Positions 1 to 9,561 of a DNA stretch of 27,360 nt are shown here, piece by piece. The position numbers were made by a program, and so were the translations under genes. Source of the DNA: Oligoflexales bacterium (GTDB lineage Bacteria; Bdellovibrionota_B; Oligoflexia; Oligoflexales; CAIYRB01). The stretch's first letter is position 1; the number at the start of each line of letters is the position of its first letter. The stretch lies in the NCBI GenBank assembly GCA_041736175.1, contig JBGSUI010000092.1:1-27360 (forward strand), given 5' to 3'. Below the pieces are notes generated by a model. It saw nothing but the letters and a program-made list of their open reading frames with translations, was not told where the DNA came from and made no database searches.

Positions 1-141
1 GCGACTTTGAGGAGTATTGGGCCTTCCATACAGCTGCCGAATACGAAAGGAACCATCGAAAGCTATACTTAAATCCTGAAATAATCGAAAAACGCCATCT
101 ACGTCTCGTAAAATGACCGTCGCCCTAAAAGAGCCGCACCC
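1..141 (+). mobile_element. 3' end of probable ISKra4-family insertion sequence (transposase C-terminus plus right terminal inverted repeat)
   Basis: Frame 3..116 reads DFEEYWAFHTAAEYERNHRKLY...LVK*, matching my recollection of the ISKra4 transposase C-terminal GDFxxYWxFH..E..RNH motif. It is followed by AAAAGAGCCGCACCC (127-141), where similarity of the opposite-strand oxidoreductase stops abruptly. Confidence 0.7.
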
Positions 142-966
142 ATCTGATTTTGCCAATTTGGGAATCGGAAATTTTACTCTTTTGCCGCCAACAACTGCTG
201 TCCATAGGGCTAAGACAGGATTCTGCGGAATCCAGTCACCAAATTCCGAAGAAATATACACGCCGTGGTCTCCCAGCAGATGCTTGCAACGTGGAAAAGA
301 ACTTTTACCGACAGCATCTATCACAGCATCAAAGGTCTCGGGGATTTTGGTAAAATCTTCCTTTTCATAGTTGAGCACATGCGTGGCTCCCAATTCTCGG
401 ACCACCCCCATGCTCCGAACGCTGCCCACTGCCGTGATTTCCATTCCGTAGTACTTTGCTAATTGAACGCAGGACGTACCTATAGAACCCGAAGCCCCGT
501 TTATCAAGATACGTCGAGTCTTTTGGAGATCCAAAGCTTTTAACATGTTTAGGGCCAGCCATGGGCCATCCAGGATAGCAGCGGCTTGTGAAAAAGTGAG
601 ATTGCGCGGCATTATCGTAACAGCTCCTTTTTCCTTCACACAGAGCATTTCCGCATGGGTCCCAAAGTCGTTCCCCGTTAATCCAAATACACGATCCCCA
701 ACTTTAAAGGATTGCACACCCGAACCCACTGATTCGACGATACCTGCAAACTCTGTACCTAATATCCATTTTCTAGGCTTCAGTAAACCATGCAGCGGCC
801 TTATGAGGTAAGGATATTCCGGCAGCCGAAAGCCACAGTCATTCCGGTTTACCGTGGTCGCATGAGTCCGAATCAGTATTTGTTCACGATTTGGAGTTGG
901 ATTTGGTACCTCTAGAATTTGGACCACCTCGGGAGGACCATAGGTCTTGTTGACTGCAGCTTTCAT
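142..966 (-). pseudogene. NAD(P)-dependent alcohol dehydrogenase/quinone oxidoreductase (MDR family), 3'-truncated by IS
   Basis: Translated by hand; absent from the ORF track because there is no stop before the window edge. MKAAVNKTYGPPEVV...ILGTEFAGIVESVG...FKVGDRVFG...ILINGASGSIGT...LGATHVLNYEKEDF...FDAVIDAVG. After 275 codons it runs into the IS end and lacks the usual C-terminal PVIDR.YPL segment. Confidence 0.8.
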
Positions 967-1002
967 CCTCATTTCCCCAAATTGCAATTGTTGATACACC
1001 CA

Positions 1003-1031
1003 TTGATTTCCGGTTTGACCAAGTCTAGAAT
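1003..1031 (+). promoter_or_regulatory. Putative sigma70 promoter
   Basis: TTGATT-N17-TAGAAT about 50 nt upstream of the ATG at 1079. Confidence 0.45.
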
Positions 1032-1078
1032 ATCAGAGATTCCCAATTGATACCTAAATTGAAAAAAAGGCTCTCTCT

Positions 1079-1645
1079 ATGGCAAATCTAGTTGCGCTCA
1101 TGCACATATCATTTGATGGTTTTGCAGCTACAGACAAGGGCGAAATGGATTGGCTGACCTACGATCAGAAAATTTTTGAACATGTCTCAAAGTTTATCTC
1201 AAAAGTGGACACGGGTATCTATGGCCCCAAGACCTTTCAAATGATGGAGGGTTACTGGCCTGGTGTCCTTAAAAACCCCCAAAGCGGCGAACTCGAAGCT
1301 AAACATGCGCAGTGGTATCAGGGTGCAAAAAAAATCGTCTGCTCTCAAACTCTCAAGAGTTTGGAAAATAAAGAAGCACGATTGATCAATGGTAACTTGG
1401 AGGAGGAGATCAGAAAGCTCAAGCAACAATCCGGAAAAGATATGATGGTTTTTGGTAGCCCCCGTCTGACTCAGTCATTGGCCAGGTTGGACCTTTTTGA
1501 CGAGTATGTCATCAATGTAAATCCAATCCTTCTTGGTGGCGGCATCAGAATGTTCGAAGAACTACCCAGAATAAAACTAGCCTTAGCAAGTGTAACCCGG
1601 TTTGATTCCGGTGTGGTTGGATTTCACTACAAGAGAGTCCGTTAA
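1079..1645 (+). CDS. Dihydrofolate reductase / RibD C-terminal family protein
   Basis: HISFDGFAA..GEMDWL, YGPKTFQMM..YWP, LKQQSGKDMMVFGS, DEY.I.VNPILLGGG.RMF, FDSGVVGFHY. Confidence 0.9.
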   Translation: MANLVALMHISFDGFAATDKGEMDWLTYDQKIFEHVSKFISKVDTGIYGPKTFQMMEGYWPGVLKNPQSGELEAKHAQWYQGAKKIVCSQTLKSLENKEARLINGNLEEEIRKLKQQSGKDMMVFGSPRLTQSLARLDLFDEYVINVNPILLGGGIRMFEELPRIKLALASVTRFDSGVVGFHYKRVR

Positions 1646-1795
1646 CCGGCTATGTTACCAAAACCGTCGGTGATCTTTAGCCTGGTCGTACCCACTGCAG
1701 GAGGCTTTTTTAGAATGGAGCCGGAACCAATCTTTGAGACCGTTTGAACCAGTGCAAGGAGGCCTCAAGACTCCAAAGTCACCGCCGGGATTGCT

Positions 1796-4700
1796 TTAGA
1801 AGACGCAGAGACCTTTGTAGGGTGAGGTCTTAGAAGCGGTGTTTGTGAACCCAGCGCTGAGGATAACATAGAGCCCAGAGGTCGTGAGGAGCGAGTTGGT
1901 TGAAGACGACCAATAATAATCCTGCAAATTTGTAATTGTATGAAAGTTTGCCGACACACTCGAGGCAATCCCATGCTCGTACAACGACATCAACTCCTTT
2001 TGTGTCGGCAGTCGCCAGGTTCCAGCACCATAACCGCCATAAGTGGAGCCGGCACATGCTTTAACGGCATTACTCCAAGTGTAAGTGGTTGGAGTGGCCG
2101 TATTGGTGGTGTTATTACCCGAAGAGAGAATCCCCGTGACCCTAAGGCCACTGAGCTCATCCCGGTAAATACAGGTGCTGGAAGTCCCACAGGTGGTAAA
2201 GCTAGACCCACCGTTGGTGGTGGTCACATCAGTCCAGTTGCTGCTATCGCACTGGGTATGTGTCGACCAGGCGGTTACTTTGTTGGCGGGATAGCCGGAG
2301 TAGTCGTCGATGGTGTCCCAAAAATCATAGGCGGTACCTGTCGATTGAGCCGAATTTGGCATTGAGGTGACAGGACCATCCCAGTTGTAATAGGTGCTGT
2401 TGATGGTGTTGCGACAGTTGGCTTTCAAAGACCCAGCCTTATAGGCCACTGTGACTCCAGCTCGGATATGCCAAGGGTTGATCTCGCAGGCACCGGTGTG
2501 CCACCTGCAGGCGGTGTCTGATTCGCAGGTGGCTTGGACACCTGACGTGCATTGGGTGAGGATCGTTGCAGTCCCCGTGGTCCCAAAGATCGTAACGCCG
2601 CTGGCTATATTGGCTGCCGTGATATCGGCGTCGCCGTTATTGGTATAGCGCGTCCCATCTGGACCAAAAAATTCAAAGGTTGAGGCACCTTTTACTTTAG
2701 CATCAAAGGTCGCCTGGTCTAGGTCGGCTGTCCCATCAGCACCGGTCAAAAGATTTACCGAGGACGGGTAGGTCCCCGTGAGCCCGGCTACGGAGGCGCC
2801 ATTTTTGATGTTGGCTGCTGTGAGGTTGGTCCAATCTGCTGATTTATAAGATGCTGTGGTGACGCAGCCGCTGGTGTTGTTGGTGGTACAATCTGCGAGG
2901 GTCCCGGTAACACCTGAAAGAGTGAGGGTGGTACGGATCGAGGATTTCCCAGCGTCGATGGCATCGTAGCTGATGGCTTTTAGGGGCTGGGTCGTTGTCA
3001 CGTAGGTCGGCACAAAACAGTTAGACCCATCAGCAGCGCAGGCTGTGGCGGCATAGTAGGAGCCCGTGGCCACGCAGCTCTGCGAGCCATTAGACCCACA
3101 GGTGGCTGGGGATGCAGTCACGGATCCGTTTACACCAAAGAGGTTGGTGCCGCTCAGGATATTTCCCGCCACCAGGTCGGAGTCGCCGTTTATGGTCGCG
3201 GCCCGGTACATGGTGCCGGCCGTATTTAAAGATTGAGTCGACGTGCTCGGCGTGATGGTGCCACCGTCGGCCACAGTCGCAGGATAAACATCACCGGCAC
3301 TATCAAAAAACTCATAGGCTCCCACAGGAGTGCCTGGGCCAAAAGCCGTGAGATCAGCGGTGGCCGTATTGCTCACAAGGCGATTACTTGCCGATGGATA
3401 GGTCCCCGTAAGCCCGGCTACGGAGGCGCCAGTTTTGATATTAGCTGCTGTGAGGTTGGTCCAATCTGCTGATTTATAGGATGCTGTGGTGACACAGCCA
3501 CTGGTGTCGTTGGTGGTACAATCAGCGAGGGTCCCGGCAATCCCCGAAAGGGTGAGGGAGGAGCGAATGGAGGATTTTCCTGCGTCAATAGCGTCGTAAC
3601 TAATAGCCTTGAGAGGTTGGGTCGTGACAGCATAAGTAGGTATGAAGCAGTTAGAGCCATTGGCACTGCACTGAGTCGCGCCAAAAAAAGTCGCTGTCGC
3701 TAAACAGTTCTGCTGCCCATTTGAACTACAATTGACAGGAGTACCGGTCAGAGTGCCCGTCACGCCAAAAAGGGGGATGGTGTCTTTGATATTTACGGCG
3801 GTAAGGTTAGCATCCCCTTGGACGATCACGCTGCGATAGAAGGTACCTGCGGCGCTTATTGTTTGATTGCTTGTGGTCGGAGTTACGGTGCCACCGTCAG
3901 CGACGGTCCCCGAGTAAACAGATCCCGCGCTATCGAAAAACTCATAAGCTCCCACCGTGGTCCCTGAACCAAAAGAGGTCAGGTCGGTGGTCGCCGTGTT
4001 GCTGGCAAGGCGGTTTCCAGAGGACGGGTAAGTCCCTGTGAGACCAGCTACGGAGACGCCGTTTTTTATGTTGGCAGCGGTGAGGTTAGTCCAGTCAGCA
4101 GACTTGTAGGTGGCTGTGGTGACGCAGCCGCTGGCGTTGTTGGTGGAGCAGTTAGCTGGAGCGGGCGTCAATGAACCGGAAACCCCAAAGAGGTTTACGC
4201 CAGATTTGATGTTGCTGGCTAACAGGTCAGCGTTACCGCTAACAGTGACACCCCGGTAAAGAGACCCGGTGGCGCTGAGGCTTTGGGAGACCGTCGAGGG
4301 TGTGATCGTACCCCCGTCAAGAATGTTCGCCGGGTAAACATTTCCGGCACTATCGAAAAACTCATAGGTTCCTACGGGTGAGGTGGGTCCAAAGCTGGTG
4401 AGATCCGCTACGGTGGTGTTGGTTGCCAAAGGAGCTTCTGAAGAGGGGTAGATGCCGGTCACGCCGCCAATGGATGCCCCTTTTTTGATATTGCCAGCAG
4501 CGAGTTCAGTACTCGCCACAGCCGGAAAAGCGGTGGATGCTAGGCAATTGGTCTCGCCAGTTTTAGAGCAGGAAGCTGCCGCTGGAGCAGACTGACATGA
4601 TTTTGTCCCGACTTTGAGAGCTCCGGTCTGGTCGTAGTATTTGCTGCCGCTGCACACGTTTTCGGGGACCTCCGTCATAATCGGAAAATCACTTTTATCG

Positions 4701-5692
4701 CCTTTGTAGAAAATACTGATGGTCTGCGCCGTCCCGTCCTGGACTAGTTCCATGGAATTGAGTCCAAAACCAACATCCGCGGGAACCACAAAGCTGGCTT
4801 GGGAGTCGCTCATGACTTTAAGCTCGCCCACGGTCTTGCCGCCCAGGGCGATGGCCAAGGTGGGACGAAAATTTTGCCCGCTGATTATCACTTTCCCTCC
4901 ACGAGGCACCACCACGGGACTGCGCCCGGTGACGGTAAGGGGGGGCAGATTTTGAACTTCCTTTTTGGTTTGCACGGGGATAGTAGAGGTCACCGATTGA
5001 GCCTTGGTGACTGGAACAGTTGAGTAGGCGGCTTGGAAAGCTCCAAAATATCGGGTATAGAATCTGATGAATCTGTCACCTTTCTCGATATCTTGGGAAG
5101 GAATCACTCCGACCAGAGTTTTGCCTTCAGTATAGGAATAGACCCTATAAACAACAAAGATATTTCCATCTGCGAGGTTTAGGGATTCCTCAGACAGCCC
5201 GCTCCCTGGGAGAGAGAGAGTCACAGTGAAAGGTTGGATAGGATCGGTCTGGGAACTAGTCGGCTGGACGGAGACAGCCTTGCTGGCCGATGTAACCGTC
5301 GCTTGTATACCAAGCTCTGCCGTCGTGGTGGCGGTAGCGACAGGGGTGGACTCTTGGATGCTAATCACCGTATCGATGCTCAGGGAACCCGGTGGGAAAC
5401 CAACCTTAGTACCAGAAACGTCGCTATCGTTGGGGACTGCTACCTCCTGGGTCTCTGCAGATTGTGAGTTTATCTTGGCCACCGTTGTTCCAGAGACCTG
5501 TGATTGGGAAACACCGGCGGGAGCACTTGCGGACAGAGGAGTTCTTTGATTAGATGAGATCCCGCCTGCCCCTGGTCCCATAAAACTCGGCCCCCTGAGG
5601 CAGGAGGGTCCCGCCAAAAAGGCGACAGCCAGGGATGTTCCCAAGACTCTGACTCCTGCCAGAAGAGCGCTAATTTGTGGATTTTTTAGCAT
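1796..5692 (-). CDS. Large repetitive surface (lipo)protein with IPT/TIG domain, fibre-like repeats and C-terminal DUF1566 (Lcl/C-type lectin fold) domain
   Basis: ATG 5692 with AAGGAA SD; hydrophobic N-terminus ending LAGPSC; TIG-like P..VPRGGKVIISGQNF; repeated L.A.NIK.G....G.TG motifs; C-terminal WSNAVKAC...WRLPTQKELMSL...YYWSSS...LCVF. Confidence 0.8.
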   Translation of the reverse strand: MLKNPQISALLAGVRVLGTSLAVAFLAGPSCLRGPSFMGPGAGGISSNQRTPLSASAPAGVSQSQVSGTTVAKINSQSAETQEVAVPNDSDVSGTKVGFPPGSLSIDTVISIQESTPVATATTTAELGIQATVTSASKAVSVQPTSSQTDPIQPFTVTLSLPGSGLSEESLNLADGNIFVVYRVYSYTEGKTLVGVIPSQDIEKGDRFIRFYTRYFGAFQAAYSTVPVTKAQSVTSTIPVQTKKEVQNLPPLTVTGRSPVVVPRGGKVIISGQNFRPTLAIALGGKTVGELKVMSDSQASFVVPADVGFGLNSMELVQDGTAQTISIFYKGDKSDFPIMTEVPENVCSGSKYYDQTGALKVGTKSCQSAPAAASCSKTGETNCLASTAFPAVASTELAAGNIKKGASIGGVTGIYPSSEAPLATNTTVADLTSFGPTSPVGTYEFFDSAGNVYPANILDGGTITPSTVSQSLSATGSLYRGVTVSGNADLLASNIKSGVNLFGVSGSLTPAPANCSTNNASGCVTTATYKSADWTNLTAANIKNGVSVAGLTGTYPSSGNRLASNTATTDLTSFGSGTTVGAYEFFDSAGSVYSGTVADGGTVTPTTSNQTISAAGTFYRSVIVQGDANLTAVNIKDTIPLFGVTGTLTGTPVNCSSNGQQNCLATATFFGATQCSANGSNCFIPTYAVTTQPLKAISYDAIDAGKSSIRSSLTLSGIAGTLADCTTNDTSGCVTTASYKSADWTNLTAANIKTGASVAGLTGTYPSASNRLVSNTATADLTAFGPGTPVGAYEFFDSAGDVYPATVADGGTITPSTSTQSLNTAGTMYRAATINGDSDLVAGNILSGTNLFGVNGSVTASPATCGSNGSQSCVATGSYYAATACAADGSNCFVPTYVTTTQPLKAISYDAIDAGKSSIRTTLTLSGVTGTLADCTTNNTSGCVTTASYKSADWTNLTAANIKNGASVAGLTGTYPSSVNLLTGADGTADLDQATFDAKVKGASTFEFFGPDGTRYTNNGDADITAANIASGVTIFGTTGTATILTQCTSGVQATCESDTACRWHTGACEINPWHIRAGVTVAYKAGSLKANCRNTINSTYYNWDGPVTSMPNSAQSTGTAYDFWDTIDDYSGYPANKVTAWSTHTQCDSSNWTDVTTTNGGSSFTTCGTSSTCIYRDELSGLRVTGILSSGNNTTNTATPTTYTWSNAVKACAGSTYGGYGAGTWRLPTQKELMSLYEHGIASSVSANFHTITNLQDYYWSSSTNSLLTTSGLYVILSAGFTNTASKTSPYKGLCVF
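2660..4570 (-). repeat. Intragenic tandem repeats, 630-nt (210-aa) period plus one 420-nt unit
   Basis: SADWTNLTAANIK copies at ~2822, 3452 and 4082 (630 apart); YEFFDSAG copies at ~3300, 3930 and 4350. Confidence 0.9.
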
Positions 5693-5794
5693 ACAGTTCC
5701 TTTCTATAACCAATAAGGCTTATGATTAACCTTGCCATGACCCATCGCCTCACTTGGACATCATAAAAGAAGCATCGGATGATCGGAGGATTTA

Positions 5795-7051
5795 TTGAGA
5801 GTTTTCTTATTAACAAGATCATTAACATTCTTATCAAATGGTTACCGATTTGGTTTACCACCAATTGCAGCGGTCCTGCTGTTAGGTCTCGTCAGTTTAA
5901 GCGCCAGCTGCCAAAAGGCACCCCTTTACGAACCCATGGCCAAAGAAACCCATAAACCGTTCGCAGCCACCTCGGGCCCATCTAAAACCATCGTCATCAC
6001 AATCCCTGGAATCACGGGTACACCTCTTTATGACGCTTTATCCCACCGGGTGTGGCCGCCAAATTTAACGAGCATTTTTTCTGATTTTAGAGCGGGTCAT
6101 TGTGATCTCAAAGGCGAGTCCCTTGAGAAGCTAACTCCCGGGCTCCCTATGGCCGACTATTACGAACTCCTTCCCCAGCGACTGGAGCGAGAAGGCTACC
6201 GGGTGATACGCTTTGGGTATGATTGGCGTATTGGAACCGAGGGGGCTGCTCTCGCGCTGCACCAGTTAATCCAAAAAATCGAGAATCAGCCTCAGACCAT
6301 TGGGTTATCAACTAAACCTAATATCAATATCATCGCCCATAGCTTAGGGGGTTTAGTGTCGCTGCGTTATCTTGAGCGCTTTGGCCCCTCTAAAATCAAT
6401 CACCTCGTCACCCTCGGGACTCCCTACTTGGGGACACCTGGTGCCTTTAAGACCCTAGATAAAGGTGATTTCGCGGATGGTATCACGGGCTATTTTTTAC
6501 GTCCGTATTTTATCGAACTCTTTCGCAACCACCGGTCTTGGTACGAGCTGCTACCCACCCGAGATTTTTTTGAGGTGGTTGCACCTTCCTATATCACTGT
6601 GTCCCCCCAAAAAACCCTCAAAGGGTTTAGTGAAACCATGGACTTTATTAAGACCAGGCCCTGGGCTAATCAATTGTTCGTCAAGGAACTACACTCCGAC
6701 TGGTCGATGTCTCAAAAGCTGGCTCTCCTTAAAAAAGTCGACGCCTATTTTATCATCGGCGAGAGGCAACCAACCACCGGCGGGATTCTCTGTGATCCTG
6801 GTCCACCGATGGACTGCGAGGCCCAGGTAGACCATGGGGATGGTGCCGTCGTCCTGCAAAGTGCTCGCATGGGTGGTCGCCTCGATGAAATCCATCCGGG
6901 CCACTCCTACTACATTGATGAACATCACGGTCAGCTCTTTAACAACCCTTATATCATTGATCAAATAGTCCATATCCTCCGGGGAAACCCCATGCATCTT
7001 CCACCCTTCTCTAGAGAGCCCCATAAAACACCAACTCGTTCATTGCATTGA
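5795..7051 (+). CDS. Lipase/acyltransferase (LCAT-like alpha/beta hydrolase), probable lipoprotein
   Basis: IPGITGT, FGYDWR, AHSLGG nucleophile elbow, LGTPYLG, GDGAV, H.QL; lipobox-like LSASC; GGAGGA SD before TTG. Confidence 0.85.
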   Translation: MRVFLLTRSLTFLSNGYRFGLPPIAAVLLLGLVSLSASCQKAPLYEPMAKETHKPFAATSGPSKTIVITIPGITGTPLYDALSHRVWPPNLTSIFSDFRAGHCDLKGESLEKLTPGLPMADYYELLPQRLEREGYRVIRFGYDWRIGTEGAALALHQLIQKIENQPQTIGLSTKPNINIIAHSLGGLVSLRYLERFGPSKINHLVTLGTPYLGTPGAFKTLDKGDFADGITGYFLRPYFIELFRNHRSWYELLPTRDFFEVVAPSYITVSPQKTLKGFSETMDFIKTRPWANQLFVKELHSDWSMSQKLALLKKVDAYFIIGERQPTTGGILCDPGPPMDCEAQVDHGDGAVVLQSARMGGRLDEIHPGHSYYIDEHHGQLFNNPYIIDQIVHILRGNPMHLPPFSREPHKTPTRSLH

Positions 7052-7103
7052 TCTGCCGAATAACGTAGAAGGGCCTTTCGGAAACTCTTGGCTTGGAGAC
7101 CTT

Positions 7104-8183
7104 ATGCAGCCCCACAAAACCACAATACTCCTCGCACGGGCAGGATATGGTCCGATGCTAGCCCTCGAGCTAGGACAACGCTTTGGCATCCAGGCCCAAC
7201 TTTTAGGCGATGATGGGGTTGAGACCGATCCCGACCTTAACATCCCTATCTACTCCGAGACGGTCTTTGCTCGCCAGCATTTGCCCACGGCCATCCATAT
7301 ACCCCTAGACCCCCTAGACCAGGCTGTGAGAGATATGATGGCGCAGTTTACAAAAACCGCCCAGCGTCCTAACCGCCAAAAAGGTCGCTGGACCTTTCAT
7401 TGTTACGGACTAGAAGACAACCAAGCGAACCAGCTAGCCCTAAAGCTCGAAAAAACCCTGCTTTCCCAGGTCAAGCAGCATTTGCCAAAACTTTGGAAAC
7501 GCTACCTAGACCCCGCGGCCATGGCGACTGGTCAAACCCTCCCTGGGGATTTTGTGGTCCAGCTTTACTGCCAAAACGCCTCTTCCTCATGGCTATCCGC
7601 TGGATCTTTTGCCAGCGGAATCTCCCCCTATATTGCGGGAAACCTCCGCATGCGCGCTCGCCCCGATGCTCCCTCGCGGAGTTCTCGCAAACTCGAAGAG
7701 GCTTTTAGAGTCCTCGGTAAAAAGCCCTCCCCCGGTGAGACTGCCGTCGATCTCGGTGCAGCCCCCGGTGGATGGTCCTATGGTCTCGCGCGCCAGGGAG
7801 CTTTGGTCACCGCTGTCGATGCAACCGATCTCAAACTTCCCGACACCAAGACCTTTCGAGAAAACGTCCAGCATGTGCGCGAAAACGGCCTGCTTTATCT
7901 GCCTCCGTCTCCCGTCGACTGGCTCTGCTGCGATATGGTGGTCTCCCCCTACGAAACCCTACGGGTCCTTAGAAATTGGCTCGACAAACAGCTGATGCAG
8001 CATTTTATAATAAACCTCAAACTCCCTAAATCAGAGCCCTGGAAGCCGATCGCCGAGGCCATGGACCTGATGCAGCGTCATCCTTGGCATACCTTTAAGG
8101 CACGCCACCTCTTTCACGATCGATTTGAGATCACTCTTATGGCGTCCCGGGAAAAGCCTTTAAGTGTCAAACCAGCTCCCTAA
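7104..8183 (+). CDS. rlmM: RlmM-like FtsJ-family SAM-dependent rRNA 2'-O-methyltransferase
   Basis: APSRSSRKLEEAF, AVDLGAAPGGWS, VTAVD, VDWLCCDMV, INLKLP, LFHDRFEIT. Confidence 0.75.
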   Translation: MQPHKTTILLARAGYGPMLALELGQRFGIQAQLLGDDGVETDPDLNIPIYSETVFARQHLPTAIHIPLDPLDQAVRDMMAQFTKTAQRPNRQKGRWTFHCYGLEDNQANQLALKLEKTLLSQVKQHLPKLWKRYLDPAAMATGQTLPGDFVVQLYCQNASSSWLSAGSFASGISPYIAGNLRMRARPDAPSRSSRKLEEAFRVLGKKPSPGETAVDLGAAPGGWSYGLARQGALVTAVDATDLKLPDTKTFRENVQHVRENGLLYLPPSPVDWLCCDMVVSPYETLRVLRNWLDKQLMQHFIINLKLPKSEPWKPIAEAMDLMQRHPWHTFKARHLFHDRFEITLMASREKPLSVKPAP

Positions 8184-8283
8184 AACCAGGGCGAGGGAAC
8201 CAGTACAGTCCTGATTGGCAGATTCTATGCCATTTGGTATGGTCGAGTTCCTTAAAGTAAGCCTTTTGGCATAAAGGAGCCCC

Positions 8284-8613
8284 ATGTATCCATTTAAATC
8301 CGTCACACCCGAAGAGTTTTATGCAAATCATAAAAACCAAGCTTCTGTTAAACTGATTGATGTGAGAGAAGACGAAGAACTTGAAGACGTCTCCACTCCA
8401 TTGGCTTTACATTTTCCCCTGAGCACCTTCGACCCTAAAGTCGTCAGCCAAGACATTGCCAAAGACTCAAAGGTTTTTGTTTTATGTCGATCAGGCTCCC
8501 GATCGAAACGCGCTGCATTGATCCTCTGCCAAGAAGGGTATAAGGACGTTTATAATGTGGAAGGGGGAATCATAGCATGGGAGGCTGGTGGATTGCCCGT
8601 GGATCGGGGCTAA
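8284..8613 (+). CDS. Single-domain rhodanese (sulfurtransferase)
   Basis: IDVRE, CRSGSRS active loop, VYNVEGGIIAW..GLP; AAGGAG SD. Confidence 0.92.
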   Translation: MYPFKSVTPEEFYANHKNQASVKLIDVREDEELEDVSTPLALHFPLSTFDPKVVSQDIAKDSKVFVLCRSGSRSKRAALILCQEGYKDVYNVEGGIIAWEAGGLPVDRG

Positions 8614-8640
8614 AAGCACGGGTGTGCATTCCTAGCCTCT

Positions 8641-9471
8641 CTAAAAGCGGAAGTTAAAAAACTTAGCCTTAGCACCGTCTATTTGGGAATCAAGGGGCAT
8701 CGCCAGATCTTCGATTAAAAGAGGTGCATGGACGTGGGCCTTGATATGACGGGCAATTTTCGGCTCGGAAAAGGGGTCCACGGTTAAAACCAAGTGCGGC
8801 CACTGCCCTACGACGGTCTTGACCAACGGATCATGGGATTTACCGCGGGCCCCATAAATTCCTGTCTCAGCCATAAAGTCGCTTAAGGTTTGTGAGCTAA
8901 ATCCCGGTTTTGCCTTGACCTCAAGGACTCCTAGTTTTAGTGCTTTTCGTGAGGGATAAGTCTCGTTTCCGAGCCATGAGACCTGGTTGGGGGCCTGCCA
9001 GAGATGGGGCTCGATCGGAAAATGAAAAGAAAAATGACCCGCTGGTCCCTTAACCACTGCGACGACCTCGCTTCGTTCGGGATTTTGCCAATGGCTCGAA
9101 AGCCAGAGGTCGATACCCGCAACAGCCAGGCCTTCCCGCGAGTAGCTGGTAGTGGCCATATACCTGCTCAAAAAAGACCTCACTCCGTCCCGATACTGGT
9201 AGAGATCGTAACGATAGAAACGATTTCCGATGCGAAAAGTAAGGTCTTTAGCATCGGTACAAACAATCACCGGCTTTAACGTGTTTTCGGGAGTGAGATG
9301 ATAGCAAGTCTTGGAGTCGGTCTTAATCACCAGACCACTATGTTTGATTTCTTTCGGTGTCGTGCAAGACGACACATAGGCTGCGAGCAAGTAATGATAA
9401 ATCTTAGAATAAAGTCGTCTTTTTTTTTCCAATGGATCTACTCCTGAAACCATCGTTCCAAAAGGGATCAT
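8641..9471 (-). CDS. Hypothetical protein, possible lipoprotein
   Basis: 276-aa ORF with LLAAYVSSC lipobox-like motif; start uncertain; no family recognised. Confidence 0.6.
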   Translation of the reverse strand: MIPFGTMVSGVDPLEKKRRLYSKIYHYLLAAYVSSCTTPKEIKHSGLVIKTDSKTCYHLTPENTLKPVIVCTDAKDLTFRIGNRFYRYDLYQYRDGVRSFLSRYMATTSYSREGLAVAGIDLWLSSHWQNPERSEVVAVVKGPAGHFSFHFPIEPHLWQAPNQVSWLGNETYPSRKALKLGVLEVKAKPGFSSQTLSDFMAETGIYGARGKSHDPLVKTVVGQWPHLVLTVDPFSEPKIARHIKAHVHAPLLIEDLAMPLDSQIDGAKAKFFNFRF

Positions 9472-9561
9472 CGGAAAATTTTATAAATTCATAAACATTA
9501 TTTTATTAAAGAAATATAAATACAATCATATTCGATCATTAAAACTCCTTAAGTCCATCAT

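Noticed and set aside
113..811. Short plus-strand ORFs 113-370, 150-353, 265-462 and 545-811
   Set aside because: Shadows of the minus-strand oxidoreductase.
2660..4570. Recurring ~27-nt sequences that could suggest a CRISPR array
   Set aside because: Period is 420-630 nt and in-frame within a CDS; no cas genes.
8215..8243. Sigma54-like TGGCAGATTCTATGC before the first rhodanese
   Set aside because: Equally readable as sigma70 TTGGCA-N17-TATGGT; cannot decide.
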